Positions 39,273 to 57,600 of a stretch of 64,000 bases of DNA are shown one piece after another. A program made the translations under genes and the position numbers. Every line of letters begins with the position of its first letter. Position 1 is the stretch's first letter. This DNA comes from Ramazzottius varieornatus (lineage: Eukaryota > Animalia > Tardigrada). The stretch spans positions 6,779,280-6,843,279 of the forward strand of contig BDGG01000001.1 of the NCBI GenBank assembly GCA_001949185.1. The letters run 5' to 3'. Below the pieces are notes generated by a model, which saw only the letters and a list, made by a program, of their open reading frames with translations, was not told the DNA's origin and searched no databases.

Positions 39273-41524
39273 TCAAACCTGCCACTGCTCTGTGCGTGTT
39301 TCTCTCAAGGTACCACCCAACGCGCTCTTTGGCCGCTGGAGACCCGGAGGAATAGTGGAAGATCCATTTGACGTTGTGCTGCTTGCTGAAGACGACAGAA
39401 GGCTTTGAACGTCTTCTGTTATGGAAACCAGGTTGGACAGAGACGATCGGTGGCCTCTGATGGCCGCGGACTGTGAGGACAGCGTGGGATGGTCTCTCCG
39501 CTTGACAGGCAGCGTGGGTGCAGGTGGTTGAACAACGGCAGCACCGGTCCGTGTTACGGTCGTTACTGCCCTCACGGACCTGCAAACAAGTTCAGTACTC
39601 AGCAGACCCTTGCGTTGTAAACCGAAACCTTAATCCCGAAGACCACGAAAAGTCACCCATGGCGAAAAACAAAGAACGTAACGCAGTCCATTTCGACAAG
39701 CAATTTGGAGCTGGGCAAGTTTATTAAACCTTATCATCACCTCGAGCGGGGCACGTCAACATCGTTAGTGGCTGAAATCATGTGCGACTTTGAAAAACGA
39801 TTTGGTTGAACTTGTTTGCCCAGCCATAATCTTAGGAAACTCTGCACAAAATTTCGTCCAACTTCGCTCCAGATTTCTCAAGAGAAACGAGGTTGGAAGG
39901 AATGCGGGGAAACTAACATACTTTGGAGTGTGTTCCGTGGACTGGGTTCGCTGTTCCGGCTGGAGCTCTTCGCTGCTACGAAGCTTTTCGGTGCTCGACG
40001 AGTAACTTTCCCCACTCAAGCTATCCGACGACAACTTTTCCGGCCTTCTGAAAGATAGCCATGGAACATAGTCACCGAAGCTAGGAAATAGGTAATCGAG
40101 AAGAAGGATTTACGTGGGTGTAAGCGTTTCATTGCTTCGTGGTCGGGAAACCATCATCAGGTTGTGGAGACCTCCCTTTCTCAATTGCTGCCTTCTGAAC
40201 TGTAATGAAATAGATCCTTAGGTACTTTGTGGCATACCTTCAGGAGGAGAAACACCAACTTCTTCTTCGAGGCGCGCGACGTTGGTTTGGGCACTAGACA
40301 GTGCGCTTTCCAGGATGTGGATATGGTTCCTCTGCTCGTCCAGTGTGGCTCGCTGGGCGGCCAGTTCGGCGTCTTGTCGTCTCTGAATTTCAACCAGTTC
40401 CTTATCTAAGAACAAGACCAACATACCGTAGGCCGTGGGGGTGAAAAGTTACAGTTACAATTACGATGACACATAGGACTAATCAAATAGAATAATGCAT
40501 ATATTAGCACACGTTACGTTCGATGGGCGCATACTTTCGGTGGATAAGCGGTGAATAATCACGTCGCGTCCTCGGACGACGTGCTGATGCTGCTCTCCGG
40601 AAATTCCAGTGGAGCCTAAGCTCGACTTCTCCATTTGCGCTACAACCCAAAACCCAAAATCAACCGCGGAACAAAATCTGAATATTTCTAAAATTTTACC
40701 TCGAAGTTGCTGATTTTGAGCGAGAAGCATCTGCTTCTCCCTCTCCAACTGACTCCTCACCGCCGTACCCAGCGTGTCTCTCCTCTCGGCTGACTGATGA
40801 AGGGACAGGTACAATTGCTGAATTTTTTCCACTTCGGCTTCCAACTAAAAACAGGAAATAATTTGTTAACGGAGTCGTGAACCCTGATGAGAGGTAAGGT
40901 ACTTACAGCAGGTAGTCGAGCCGTTTTCTTCGTCAAGATTTCTACTTCTTGCCGTAGCTGCAACACTTCGTCTCTCAGCATTTCGTACGATGGGATGATG
41001 GCTTCGGAGGATCCACCGGTGGGAAACTGTGCCAGACTCTTGGTCAGGTCAGGCTGGGCATTCTGAACAGGTTTCCGCTGCTGCGCCAGAGCGGTGATGT
41101 ACACAGGGGTTTGAGCACTAATCGTCGTTTGGGATCCCATTGAGGGGGTTTGGGCACCGATGGTCGTTTGTGAGCCGAAAGCGCCGTGCTGTGAACCCCC
41201 ATTGTGACTCAGGAATGCAGGTGAATTCCGATTGTTTAAATAATTCCAACCCCCTGAAGCCTGGCTCCCATTCTTTTGGCTCTGTCCAGCATTTCTTGAT
41301 AACTGCTCCAGTGAAGACAATCGCACGTCCTTGGCCAAGTGTTTTAGGATGTTGGAGTCGTCCAGCTTGGACAGTTCGTCAAAGGATACGGCCTCCATGT
41401 TCCGCCGTAGCATGGCTAATTCTCCTGCGTGGTCTAGAAGTCCACCATGCGCGCCAGCTTCCACACCGAGTCCGTCCAAGCTCACAGATTGCAAACGGCT
41501 ACGTTGCTGAATATTTTGGTCCAT
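39273..41524 (-). CDS. AMOT: Angiomotin-family protein (multi-exon)
   Basis: The coiled coil LRQEVEILTKKTARLPA|LEAEVEKIQQLYLSLHQSAERRDTLGTAVRSQLERE...ELAAQRATLDEQRNHIHILESALSSAQTNVARLEEE matches the angiomotin coiled coil. Further exons at ~40199-40095, 40047-39921 and 39579-39273 end in the PDZ-ligand-like EQWQV*. The start at 41524 is inferred. Confidence 0.8.
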
Positions 41525-42149
41525 TGGCGGGCTGTAAAATACGTCGAGACAAGTACAAGAATGCGGAAGATAAGTAAGACGATCGTAAAATGATAAATCT
41601 TCAACCGTGTGTGCGCCACTGCATTCCTGCGTGGTCACGTGACCGTAGCCATATGCAACAAGTGGGCTGGCCGCATTCTTGACCGCTGATTACTTGACTT
41701 GCTTTGGTGGCCATAACGCGAGCCCAACGCGATTATACCACGTGTCAAGATGGGGTTATAGCACCGCGGTCGGTCACCTGGGCAGTGTGCGTTCATCTGG
41801 CGCATTGAGCTGCGTTAGGGGCGGAGTAAAACGGTGTGGGCGGCGAATCAACAGCTGATTCATCTTTCTGGCTGGGGATAATCACTGATGTGCTGCTGAA
41901 CAGCGCGTCTGTCGGAGCATGGCAAACCAAAATACACAAAATTAAAATGGTAGACCATGAATTTACCGGAGCCAGGTCTTGTATACAGGAAACCTTGGCA
42001 TCGAATCCTAGTAGAAGTGCTTTTTCAAATGTTGAGCCAACAGGTGCCGTCAATGAACCGAACTGTGGTTTTTTTTCCATACCCAAGCTGCGGTGGAGGT
42101 TGATTGAATGATCTTACTTTTCGGTCAAATTAACAATTTGGTACGGCAC

Positions 42150-42275
42150 AGCATGGTTACGTCATGACTGAAATCTGCCCCGCATTATACTTTGACGCAT
42201 GACGTCAAGGATACTTTACAGTTTCCTTCCTTCCAGCGACGCGCACTTCAGCAGCACGTCAGTAGCACGTCAGTG
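42150..42275. promoter_or_regulatory. Putative bidirectional promoter (AMOT/HERC4) with a CRE/ATF-type motif cluster
   Basis: TTACGTCA (42157), TGACGCA (42193), TGACGTCA (42200) and two tandem AGCACGTCAG (42253, 42264) lie between divergent genes. Confidence 0.45.
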
Positions 42276-42332
42276 GGGATAATTCGATTTTGTCAGTCGT
42301 ATTCTAGTCTCATCTTTCATCTGATTTTTAAA

Positions 42333-48022
<5,690 letters not shown>

Positions 48023-48471
48023 AAGATCGTTGACCATGTTTGTCCTTTTTCTGCCTTGTGCAGATCGAGCCAGAAGTCTGCTTCTAATGGGGGTAAAACT
48101 GACAGATATTTAGCACCTTATTTTTTCCTGCAGTTTTTTCCCTAAGCGACGGTTAGAGAATCAGAGCACGGTTAGAGCACTAGACTGCACAGTTATATCC
48201 TTTTACCACGGTTCTTGTTTTACTTCCTGCACGGTTCTGTTTTACGTTTAGTTGTTCGTTGTGTTGTAGTTTCACCTTGTTTGTGATGGTTATGGTCTTC
48301 GGAGGACTAAGATAAAGTACAGTAGCCGACGGGTTTATAGTTTGTTTTGTGGTGATTGAATGTCGGAAGCTCAGCTGATGCCTTCAGGCAGAAAAGTAAA
48401 TATTTCGGCAGAGAAAAGTAACAAATTTGGAAGTTCTCGTTCGTGACGGAGTCCGATGCTGTGCTGTTTCT

Positions 48472-49515
48472 ATGACCTACAGTATGATGGCTATTCGGGG
48501 AGGGATCCTGCTTTGTCTCTTGTGCTTGCTAGCTACAGCGGAAAGGGCGCTCTCGCAAGGCAACAGTAGAGCTCGCGTCGTCGCTGTTGTCAACCCACCC
48601 GGCGGAATTAACCCCAACGGACTATCCAACGTCTACAACAAGACACTCGTATGGTCTAACTTTTTCGATGCCTACCCAAAACTATGGAGCGACATAACGA
48701 CCGCACTTAGTCAGGTAAGTCTTCTGCCAGCGCATGGGTTCCTTTTCCGTTTCTGTGAGGGGTGTTAATTCTCGTTTCTGGGAAGGGATCAACGCAAGAC
48801 AGCAATCAAGCAGCGCAACAGGTACAAACGATCTTTCAAGGGGGCTTCATCCCGCCGACAACACAGCCAAGCAGCGACACACCAGGGTTTCAAGATTATC
48901 AGCAAGCTGCCAAGAAAGCGCTAATCTACATTGGGCTACCCGGAAGTGCCGGTATCGTAACCTCCACTTCCGATCGCTTGACATACGCCATTGACAAGCC
49001 CTTCCCAATCTTCCTTGTCGAAGACCAGAGCTTGGTCGGATCCCAGCCTGACAATCCCGCATGGCTTCACGGGTACAGCAAACCACCAAAATGATGCATG
49101 TGATACCTTAACAATTTTTTTTTCATTGCAGACCACATGTGTGCTTGTCGAGAAGCACGGCGTTCGTCAATCACCCACAAACCGTAATGAATGTGACGTA
49201 CTGCACAACCGCTCGCGATGATATGCGAATGGCTGTTAACTGCTGGTATGCGAGTTACTTCCTTTTTTTGCAAACACTACTAACCGATATATTTACTTCA
49301 GGCTTCCTGAGCTGAATGACTTGGGAGCAGCCATCTCCGGAACGAGATACACAACGGTTTACCGCTGCTGTGATGGCTTCAGTCTGCCAGCTCAGCCTAC
49401 TTCCTTCCCTCCACCGGACTTCCTAAACTCAAAAGCAGGAAAATTGCCAAACATCAATTCACTGCTGAAATTTCTAGATGCTCCGACTGATCCGGATACA
49501 AGGGTTTGTCAGTAA
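48472..49515 (+). CDS. Secreted ~285-aa protein with a C-terminal EMI-like cysteine domain, 4 exons
   Basis: Exons 48472-48714, 48786-49072, 49132-49245 and 49302-49515 give 858 nt in frame. Signal peptide GILLCLLCLLATAERALS. The pattern WLHGPHVC...YC...NCW...YTTVYRCCDGF...C resembles EMI domains (GPNVC...Y.CC.GY). Confidence 0.7.
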
Positions 49516-50517
49516 TAGATCACCAGTTTCTTTTGTAGTTTCTTTTGTTTTTCTGTATGTAGCGCTTGTGACTGAGCGGGTTGTCCTCTGTCGCCCCGTT
49601 TTTGTCCCGGTCTACAGTGCGTGGCAGCCAAGTTGATGTTGAAGAGAGGTCCTCTCGCTTATCTCTCAGCATTAAATTTTGGCTTGCTTTCTCAAATCCC
49701 TTCTTTTTCGTCATAACATTTCTTGGCTAGAAGAGCATCTTGCTCAACGAACTGCTAACGGATCTTGCGAATGCTGTTTGTTCTTGACGTATGGTTGAAC
49801 TGGGGTGACTCGCGGACTGAAACGCCGCTTACGTTTAGCGACTTCACACCACAGAGCGAACTTGCCCACGTGATGAAGGTTGTTTCTGGCGTAAAATAGC
49901 TAAATTATCAACGTCATCAAGAGGAAGTCGCGTCCGAACGGATTTGGCAAATTTAGTCATATCAGAGTGTTAGCTTTGCCCGTGCCCAAGATGAGGCTCG
50001 GCGAAGCGAGAATAAGGATTTTTGAGCGAACACAATGCTATTTTCGCCAGCCGAACACAAAGCTGTTTTCGCCGTGGCCAAAGATGATTTTCGAATTCTT
50101 TTCTTCGCTTCGTCGAGCCTTCTCCACTGTTTTCCAGTACACACTCCAGTTCCGAATGAGATTCGATATCTTAGCGATGTTAAACACAATTTTGAAACTT
50201 CTACTCTAGTAATCAAACAATGATGGCACAAACTGCGAGACGAGGGGATGCGTTAATCAGACGGTGCTGTGCAATTTCTCAAAGTGGGCGGAAATCTCGG
50301 ACGAGCTTACGTTTTCCGAAATCTCATTTCACGCATCAATTTCATTAGTTTACCAGCAGACCTCAAAGTTCGAAAGATGAAACCGCAAGTTCCCAAACCA
50401 GGAAATGTCGTTCAACCCAGCGCAGTACTTGGGATTAACGACTATACATACTTACGTATGAGTAAATAAAAAACGCCGATAAAATTTGATATCAAAACCC
50501 ACCATCAGGAAAAAAGG

Positions 50518-53500
50518 TCACTTTTTCGAAGCTGGCTTTGCAGCAGCGGCTTTACTACTGGCCGTCGCAGGTTTGCCATTAGTCATAGCTTTTCCTGCTG
50601 GCTTCTTGGCGGTGGACGCCTTTGCATGGACATCCTCCACTTCCTTGGCTTCTGCTGCCCTGTCCTTGGCGATCTTCGCTCGAAGATGTTCTTTGAAAGA
50701 ACTGATATCACCTTGCCACTTCGTTACCTTCTGATCGGCACACACCCAGATCTCTTTCGCTACTTGGTTAATCAACCGAAAGTCGTGGCTGACTAGAATC
50801 AGCCCACCTTCGAAATCGTTAATCGCATCGGCCAATGCGTCGATCGTTTCCATATCCAAGTGATTCGTCTGAAATGGCAAAGAAATCAATAAAATAAACA
50901 TATCTCAAAATTATTCGTGAGCTTGGTGGACACATTCGACAAGATTATTTCTCAGGTGGCGCAGGTTGTCAGTGGTATTGGCTGGATGAGTGCGCCACTC
51001 GGAGAGCTCGGCAAGATCATTTTCCCAAGTGGCGCACATTCTCGATCTAATTGCCCCAAGGCTTGCGCCATTTTCGAAAACCGATGTTGTCGAGGTTGTT
51101 TGCGGGGAAAACTACTAGTTGACTATTATTTCTAAAGTTTACTTACAGGTTCGTCAAGGAGAAGCAAGTGAGGAACTTGCCAAGCGAGCCAGGCAAACAC
51201 AACGCGACATCGCTGTCCATCGGACAGTTGTCGCATAGGACAGACTTGCTGCCGACCAGTCAAGCCATACTGACCGACGATTCTTCTCATCTCTTCAATT
51301 TCTTTCACTTCAGGGAAGGTCTGCATCATGAACTCCACAGCAGAGAGGTTCAGGTCCAGCATGTCGTGCAGATGCTGGTGGTACCTGCCAATCTTCACGT
51401 GAGGATGTTTACGGATCATTCCATCCGTGGGAACCAACTGCAAAATAAAACTCGAATCAAAACAGAACAAATCCAAAAGCCAGACAATATTTCACCAATG
51501 CCCGCGATAATCGAACTGAAAACTAAAGTATGAGAAAAATCTTCTGAATAAGCGAAACTAACTGGGACCTCAGCAAGCAAAGCCGGTAACATCGGTGGGG
51601 TTTTTTTCAGGTGACGCACCCTTCCGGCTGACAACACTAACAACGAGCGCCACTCGGCCAACGATCTCGTCGAGTTTGTTTACCGATCTCAAAAATTAGG
51701 AGAAAACTTCTAAAAAAGAAGCTAGAATTGTCAACACTTGGAAGTACAAACATGGAACTTCGTCTTACTTCGCCCACGAGAAGTTTTAGGAGGGTAGATT
51801 TTCCCGCGCCGTTTGGTCCGACCAGGGCGATGCGCGAGTCCAAGTCGATACCGAACTCGAGGCATTTGTAGATGAGTGGCTTGTCATCGCTGTACTTGAA
51901 GCTGACTTTCTGGACCATGATGACGGGAGGTGGGATTGTACCGGGGTCAGGGAAGGAGAAGGTAGTCAGCTTGTCTTTCGTGATGGCTTCTGTCAGCCCA
52001 CCGGACACCATCTTGGCCAGGGTCTTCTCTTTACTCTGGGCTTGTCGAGCTAACTTGGCGCTACCATGGCCAAACCTCGCGATATACTCCTAAAAAAGAC
52101 GAACTCATGCAAACACAACTCCAAAATACACCAGAGATCATACTCCAAAACATGGTTATTTTCAGTGAAATCGCTTCGGTCAGTCAATGCATCGAGACAA
52201 CTCTACGACGAATCGAAAGAGCAGCTCTAACATTCTCGGCCTTTTATGTCATCCTTTTATTCTTCAGCCGTGAAATCGAACTACAAATTAAGAGACATAC
52301 CTTCATATGAGCGATTTGTCCTTGCTCCCATTTGTACTGAATGCAAGAAGGAGAAGTTGCATTACCCATGCCGGTGACTTTGTAATCGAGCCTGCTCAGC
52401 GTACCTGTTTCAGCTGGTTTTCCATTTGTTCGGCCCTTGTTCGCATGAAGGTGTCATAATTACCCTGCAGAGAACACGTACAAGGTTGCGAATGCTGTAG
52501 AGTTAAAAAGGAGTGTTTCTTGCGGGAAACTCATCCTTACACCGTAGACGGTCAGTTTCTTCTTGTCCAGATGGATAATGTGAGTGCAAACACCGTTTAG
52601 GAAATCTTGCGAGTGCGAGATGACGACTAGAATACGTTTATACCTGGAACAGAAACCGAAATTTGAGTGAAAATAGAAAACAAGAACACACAAAACAACG
52701 CTGATTCCGACAAACTTACGTTTTGAGCTCTTCCTCAAGCCACACACATGCGTCTAAGTCCAGATGGTTAGTCGGTTCATCGAGCAACAACATGGAGGGC
52801 TTCAAATACAAAGCTCTAGCTAATGAGATCCTCATTCTCCATCCACCGGAAAAGTTCTTCACCGCGGTCTGCTGCATCTCCTTCGTAAAGCCCAGACCGT
52901 GAAGGATCTGCGCGGCACGAGTCTCGGCAGTATCCGCTCCCAACTCGTCCAGCCGCTCGTATATATCCATTAGTTTATCCTGAGCGCTCTCTGTGACGGA
53001 AAGAAGGACCATCAGCAAAAGAAAATGGATCTGAACGGGAAGCGGGATACAAATACAAGACGACCCCATGATTGGTCGACTGTGTGCAACAGTGCGCACC
53101 TCTACGCCACGGTCAACTGAACCAGCGCATACGTCAAAGCTCCGCCCCTTCCGCCAACATGGATAGAACGCAGAAACTTACCGTCGTCGTGCAAGGCAGC
53201 CAAACGTTCAGCTTCTTCCTCCAAACGGTTCCGTTCTTCGTCAGCCTCCATCACCGCCTGTAACGCAGTTGTCTCGACAGGAGGCATCTCGCGATGGAGA
53301 TGAAAGATGTCGATGCCTTCGGGGATGGCTACTTCACGACGACCGAGAACAGACAGCAGCGTACTTTTCCCACAGCCGTTCAGCCCAATCAGTCCGTAAC
53401 GATTGCCGTGATTGAGTTCAAGGTTGGTATCCGCCAGCATTTCGCTCCCGTGAAAGTTGACGGAGAAGTTGTAGACCTTTAAATCTCTGGATGCCGGATG

Positions 53501-53868
53501 GGAAGCCAAGACTCCGGTACAGGTACGATATTCCGCGTTCACATCCATCTCCTTCATTTCCAGAGCCAGATTCTCCACTGGAAAATACGGAAAAATCAGA
53601 CAATCAACCGGCACGCACGGTAATCGAAATGGCAGTGTTTTCTGATTTTCGCAACAATCGGCCTTTAAAATTCGCAGAAACTTCTTCACTCACCCAACTT
53701 ATCTTTAACAACGTTCTTTTCGATGGCACAGCATCCAGCCGTATCTCCCGTGTCGCCATTCTCGGCAATCCCGTTGGTAGCTGCCGCAGTTCCGTTCGTG
53801 ATGGGCTTCTCGGTCGCTTTGGCCGCTCCTTTCTTAGCCTGGCGCTTTTGTTTCGAAACGCTGGACAT
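50518..53868 (-). CDS. ABCF2: ABC-F family translation-associated ATPase ABCF2, multi-exon
   Basis: Two ABC cassettes and no TM domains: [106 protein letters not shown]. The N-terminal [11 protein letters not shown] is typical of ABCF2. Confidence 0.96.
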
Positions 53869-54675
53869 AGTGATGAGTTTAGATGCGATCCTTCGGCACT
53901 GATATCCAGAAGTATGATGTAGAAGCGCGTTAGGCCAGAGAAGATCCACCAGAGTCAGCCGGTTAGCCCAAAGTTGAACGGGAAAGAGTTCAAAGAAATC
54001 AGATTTCGTAACTTTTGCGTGACCTTCCCATGATAGCGTTATGTCACCTCTGGCCCCCAGGCGGGAATTGGAATATCTCGGCCACTTTCGACTGTCTCAA
54101 AAAATTTGTTTGGGGGGGGGGAAATTAGTTCAAGGTGAGTGTTGGGTGATACTGGTGTCCGGTGGTACCATTCAACTGCCACCGCCACCAAAATGCTGCA
54201 TGACCTTTGGCATGGTTAATACTTCACGTTTCCGTCCTCCAGAACTCTTCCTTCGAATCGTTCTTTTCTCTTCTCTTAGAGGCTTCCAGTCAACGTTGGA
54301 AGAACAACAGAAACAGTATATCTTCAGCTCCTGGGATCCGGGCTTGGGTAAGCTGGCGCAGGCTGTGTATTTTGTTGTCACGGATATCCTTACCAGTAAA
54401 ATATGAGGTCAAGCATGCGCCTCCAGCTGGGTGCCTTCTCGAGAAGTTCTGAGATCAACAGTGAACTAATGAACTTCTGAAGGTTTGATTCGAGGTGCTC
54501 AAGCTAAGAAGTGACAATACTGATTTATAAGTCTTTGATTTTGCAGGCATCCCAAAGCTTTTACTTGGACTCATCCCTCGAGTCTCCATCTTCCTACCCC
54601 AAGTTGGACGCCATCTGACCACCAAGACTTTATCCATCAGCCGACAGGGATTATCACAGGTAACAGCAGCAGTTA

Positions 54676-57600
54676 ATGATGGATATCGAGGGCATTCCGC
54701 CACCACCTCCAGAAGAGTTTGAGGGGATCCAATTGCCTTCAGCTGACTCCGTCAGCTGGAACAATGGCCCTTCTGCACAACCGTATGGTTACGGTATCTC
54801 CTACAACTCTGGATCTTCGGGTCATGGGGATGCTGGTGCTGCTTGGCAAAAAGCCATGGACGCTCTCAATCAGTCGGTGGCAGCCCAACCACCAGCTTAT
54901 GGCACCTATCCTTCGTCTTATCCTCCCCCAATGCCTCCACCTGGCTGGCCGCCTAGTTCGTACGCGTAAGTCTTCCTCACCCGTACCGATCTCCTCTTTA
55001 TTATATTCTTGATAAATCTTTCTAGAGATGTTCGTTTCTTTCCAGGTATCCTTCGAGTTATCCAAATTCTTACCAGCAGCAACCACCGAATGTAAGTTTG
55101 CCCTTCTGATCAAGGCCGTGCTGAGATTGTATCTCAGGGCCGTGCAGCACGGCCTTGGAGTTGGCACAGCCCTGGGTTGAGCCCGGCCTTTCTGTACACG
55201 CATGACGAGAAATTATGGGACAGTTAGAACAGGCTTTCGTTCCTTTTGAACTTGACCATTGTATTTTTCAACTTTTTGTTCCTCTTCAGAGTCAGCCGAT
55301 GACGGTTAACCATCAGTACGGTCAAGGATACCAGAACCACGCAGCTCAGTATGGACAAGGGGCCTCGCAGCAGCCACAGTATCATCAGTCAGCGCCTCAG
55401 CAGCCTTCGTATGGTGCTCCACGAGCCCCAGCTCCGCAGAACCAGTACCGGAGTCGGCCACCGAGGCCTTCCATGAGTCGTTACACATACCATCCGTACC
55501 CGACTGGGAGCACGACTCAGCCGGCTCCGTCGACGGAGACACCTGTCCAGCAGCAACAGAAGTTAGATACGAGGACGATGCCGCCGCCCACTATGCAGGC
55601 AGCAGCACCTTCCTCCTTCTACTCTGGCTACGCGACAGCACCCAGCACCTCCACTGGGTCGGGTGTCAGTGACCACTCGGTCGATATGGATATTGACGAC
55701 GTCACGAACACGACACCCTCATCTTATGGTCTCCCTCGAAAACGTTAGTATTGATGCATGGAAACTCGGCGAAGAAACTCGACCAGATCGTTTTTTTTCG
55801 AGTAACGCATCTTTCTAGTGTTATTAAATAGTAGCATGCGTCACTGGCGGAAGCGATCTGGCACGAGTCGGTTTGCCGATCTCCTGCATACTCTTGTGGC
55901 TAATCTTTTAATGTTTTTCTGGTTTCAGAAGCTCCTGGAGCTGGTGGCATACGCTTTCAGCTTTCGAAAAAACCTCTCTCGGAAACGAAACTTTCCAATC
56001 CTTTGTTACAGAAAAGATTTGCCAACGCACCGCCAAACCACCCGCCTTCTTCTTCCTTCTCCGCTTCTTCTTACTCTTATCCTCCTTCTAGTACTCCAAC
56101 CAACACCCAACCGGACTCTTCTAGCGGACGATCGTCTTCCCCTTCACCAGCTTCCTCCCCACCGAAAAGCCAGAACTCGGGACTGAACATCCGCTCCGAC
56201 GACTGGCCAGTCAGCCTCCAGTAAGAACATGCCGTAGTTGGCTTTCGTTTCCACGGGACTAGTTTTTAACGGGTTTTTTTCCTCCACTTTTCAGAAACTA
56301 TGTCGCCAAAGCCATCGCAGTCACTCCACCGGAGAAAACCAGCCATGTCATGCAGACCATCACGCAGATGATCACCAATGCGTACAAGACCAACACGCTT
56401 CATACCTGCAAGTGGGAGAAAGCACCAATGCCTTAGTAAGTGAAGTATCTGGATGGATGATTTTGGCGTTTTTAGACTCTGCCGTTTTTACTCGAGTTCT
56501 AATCAACTGAAGAATGATTCCAAAAGCGGGAGCAGGGGAAACAAAACGTACCAGAAGGTTATATCGAGTGGCGCACGCATTCATTGTTATTGGCTTGAAG
56601 GACGCGCCACTGGATGTACGGTTTTGTGCCTTTTTCATTGCTCAGCTCCCAGTTATCTAACCTCATTCGTGTTCATTTTCACATGATTGGCCTTTTTCTT
56701 GCAGCGCGGACGATGCGAGTAACGAGCTATTCGGCTTGAGTCCGAAGCGAGAGAACAGTCCTCCGACATTCCGTAGTTCATCGGGTCGTGGTAGGGGTGG
56801 TCGTCCAGCGTTGCGACGTGGTCGTGTCAGTAATCGACGCAGTGATTCCGATGAGTCAGGTGACGAGAAGTCATCGCAAGTTAGCAGTAGCAGTAGGGCA
56901 CGTAACGGTAAATCCTCCTCGCCGCGCGGGGGAGATTTCCCTGGTGAAGACTACCTCTCACTGAGGAAAGGCGGATCTTCTTCATCGACGAAGAAGGGGA
57001 AGAAGGGAACTCAGACCGGGTAAGGATATTGTTACCCAGAAATTCTCCATCCAGTGACGATTTCTTTGAAAGTATTCTAAGGCAAATTGAGTTTCGATTT
57101 TTCCAAAAGAAAAATTTAGGAAATGGCTGTGGTCATACCCTTACACCCCATTTGACCATAGTCACCCCGCATGGTGTGAAACTTAATTACGGTCCGCTAA
57201 AGTCACACCCTGGTCACTTCGACTTTAATACAACTATAGGTGTAACTATAGACATAGCCTAAAAAATTTGAAATTCGTGAAATCTACAGAAACTGAGACG
57301 GAAAATTTGGATTTCAGATCAACTTTTGCAATGTCTGATTTTTTTGTGAAATTAGAGTCTCGTAACGCTTCGTTTTTGTGCGTCATTTGGGAAACCGATC
57401 TTGTCGAGTTTATTTTGTCGGAATTTCATTTGGAGTTAATTTTCGGTTTTTTTCGCAGGCCGCGTGGTAAGTTACTGGGTTTCGGTGCTGAGACTCCCAT
57501 GACTGAAGAAGATCAGGCAAAGCTCCGTAAGCGTCAAGAGCGGTTCGGTGACGTAAGCAAAACTAGTTCAGACTCCCTCTCAGCCACAGCCACTTCCGTT

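Noticed and set aside
57125-57262. Possible Harbinger-like MITE (GGCT..TTACACC / GGTGTAA..AGCC) in a LENG8 intron
   Set aside because: A single degenerate copy with imperfect ends, which is not enough support.
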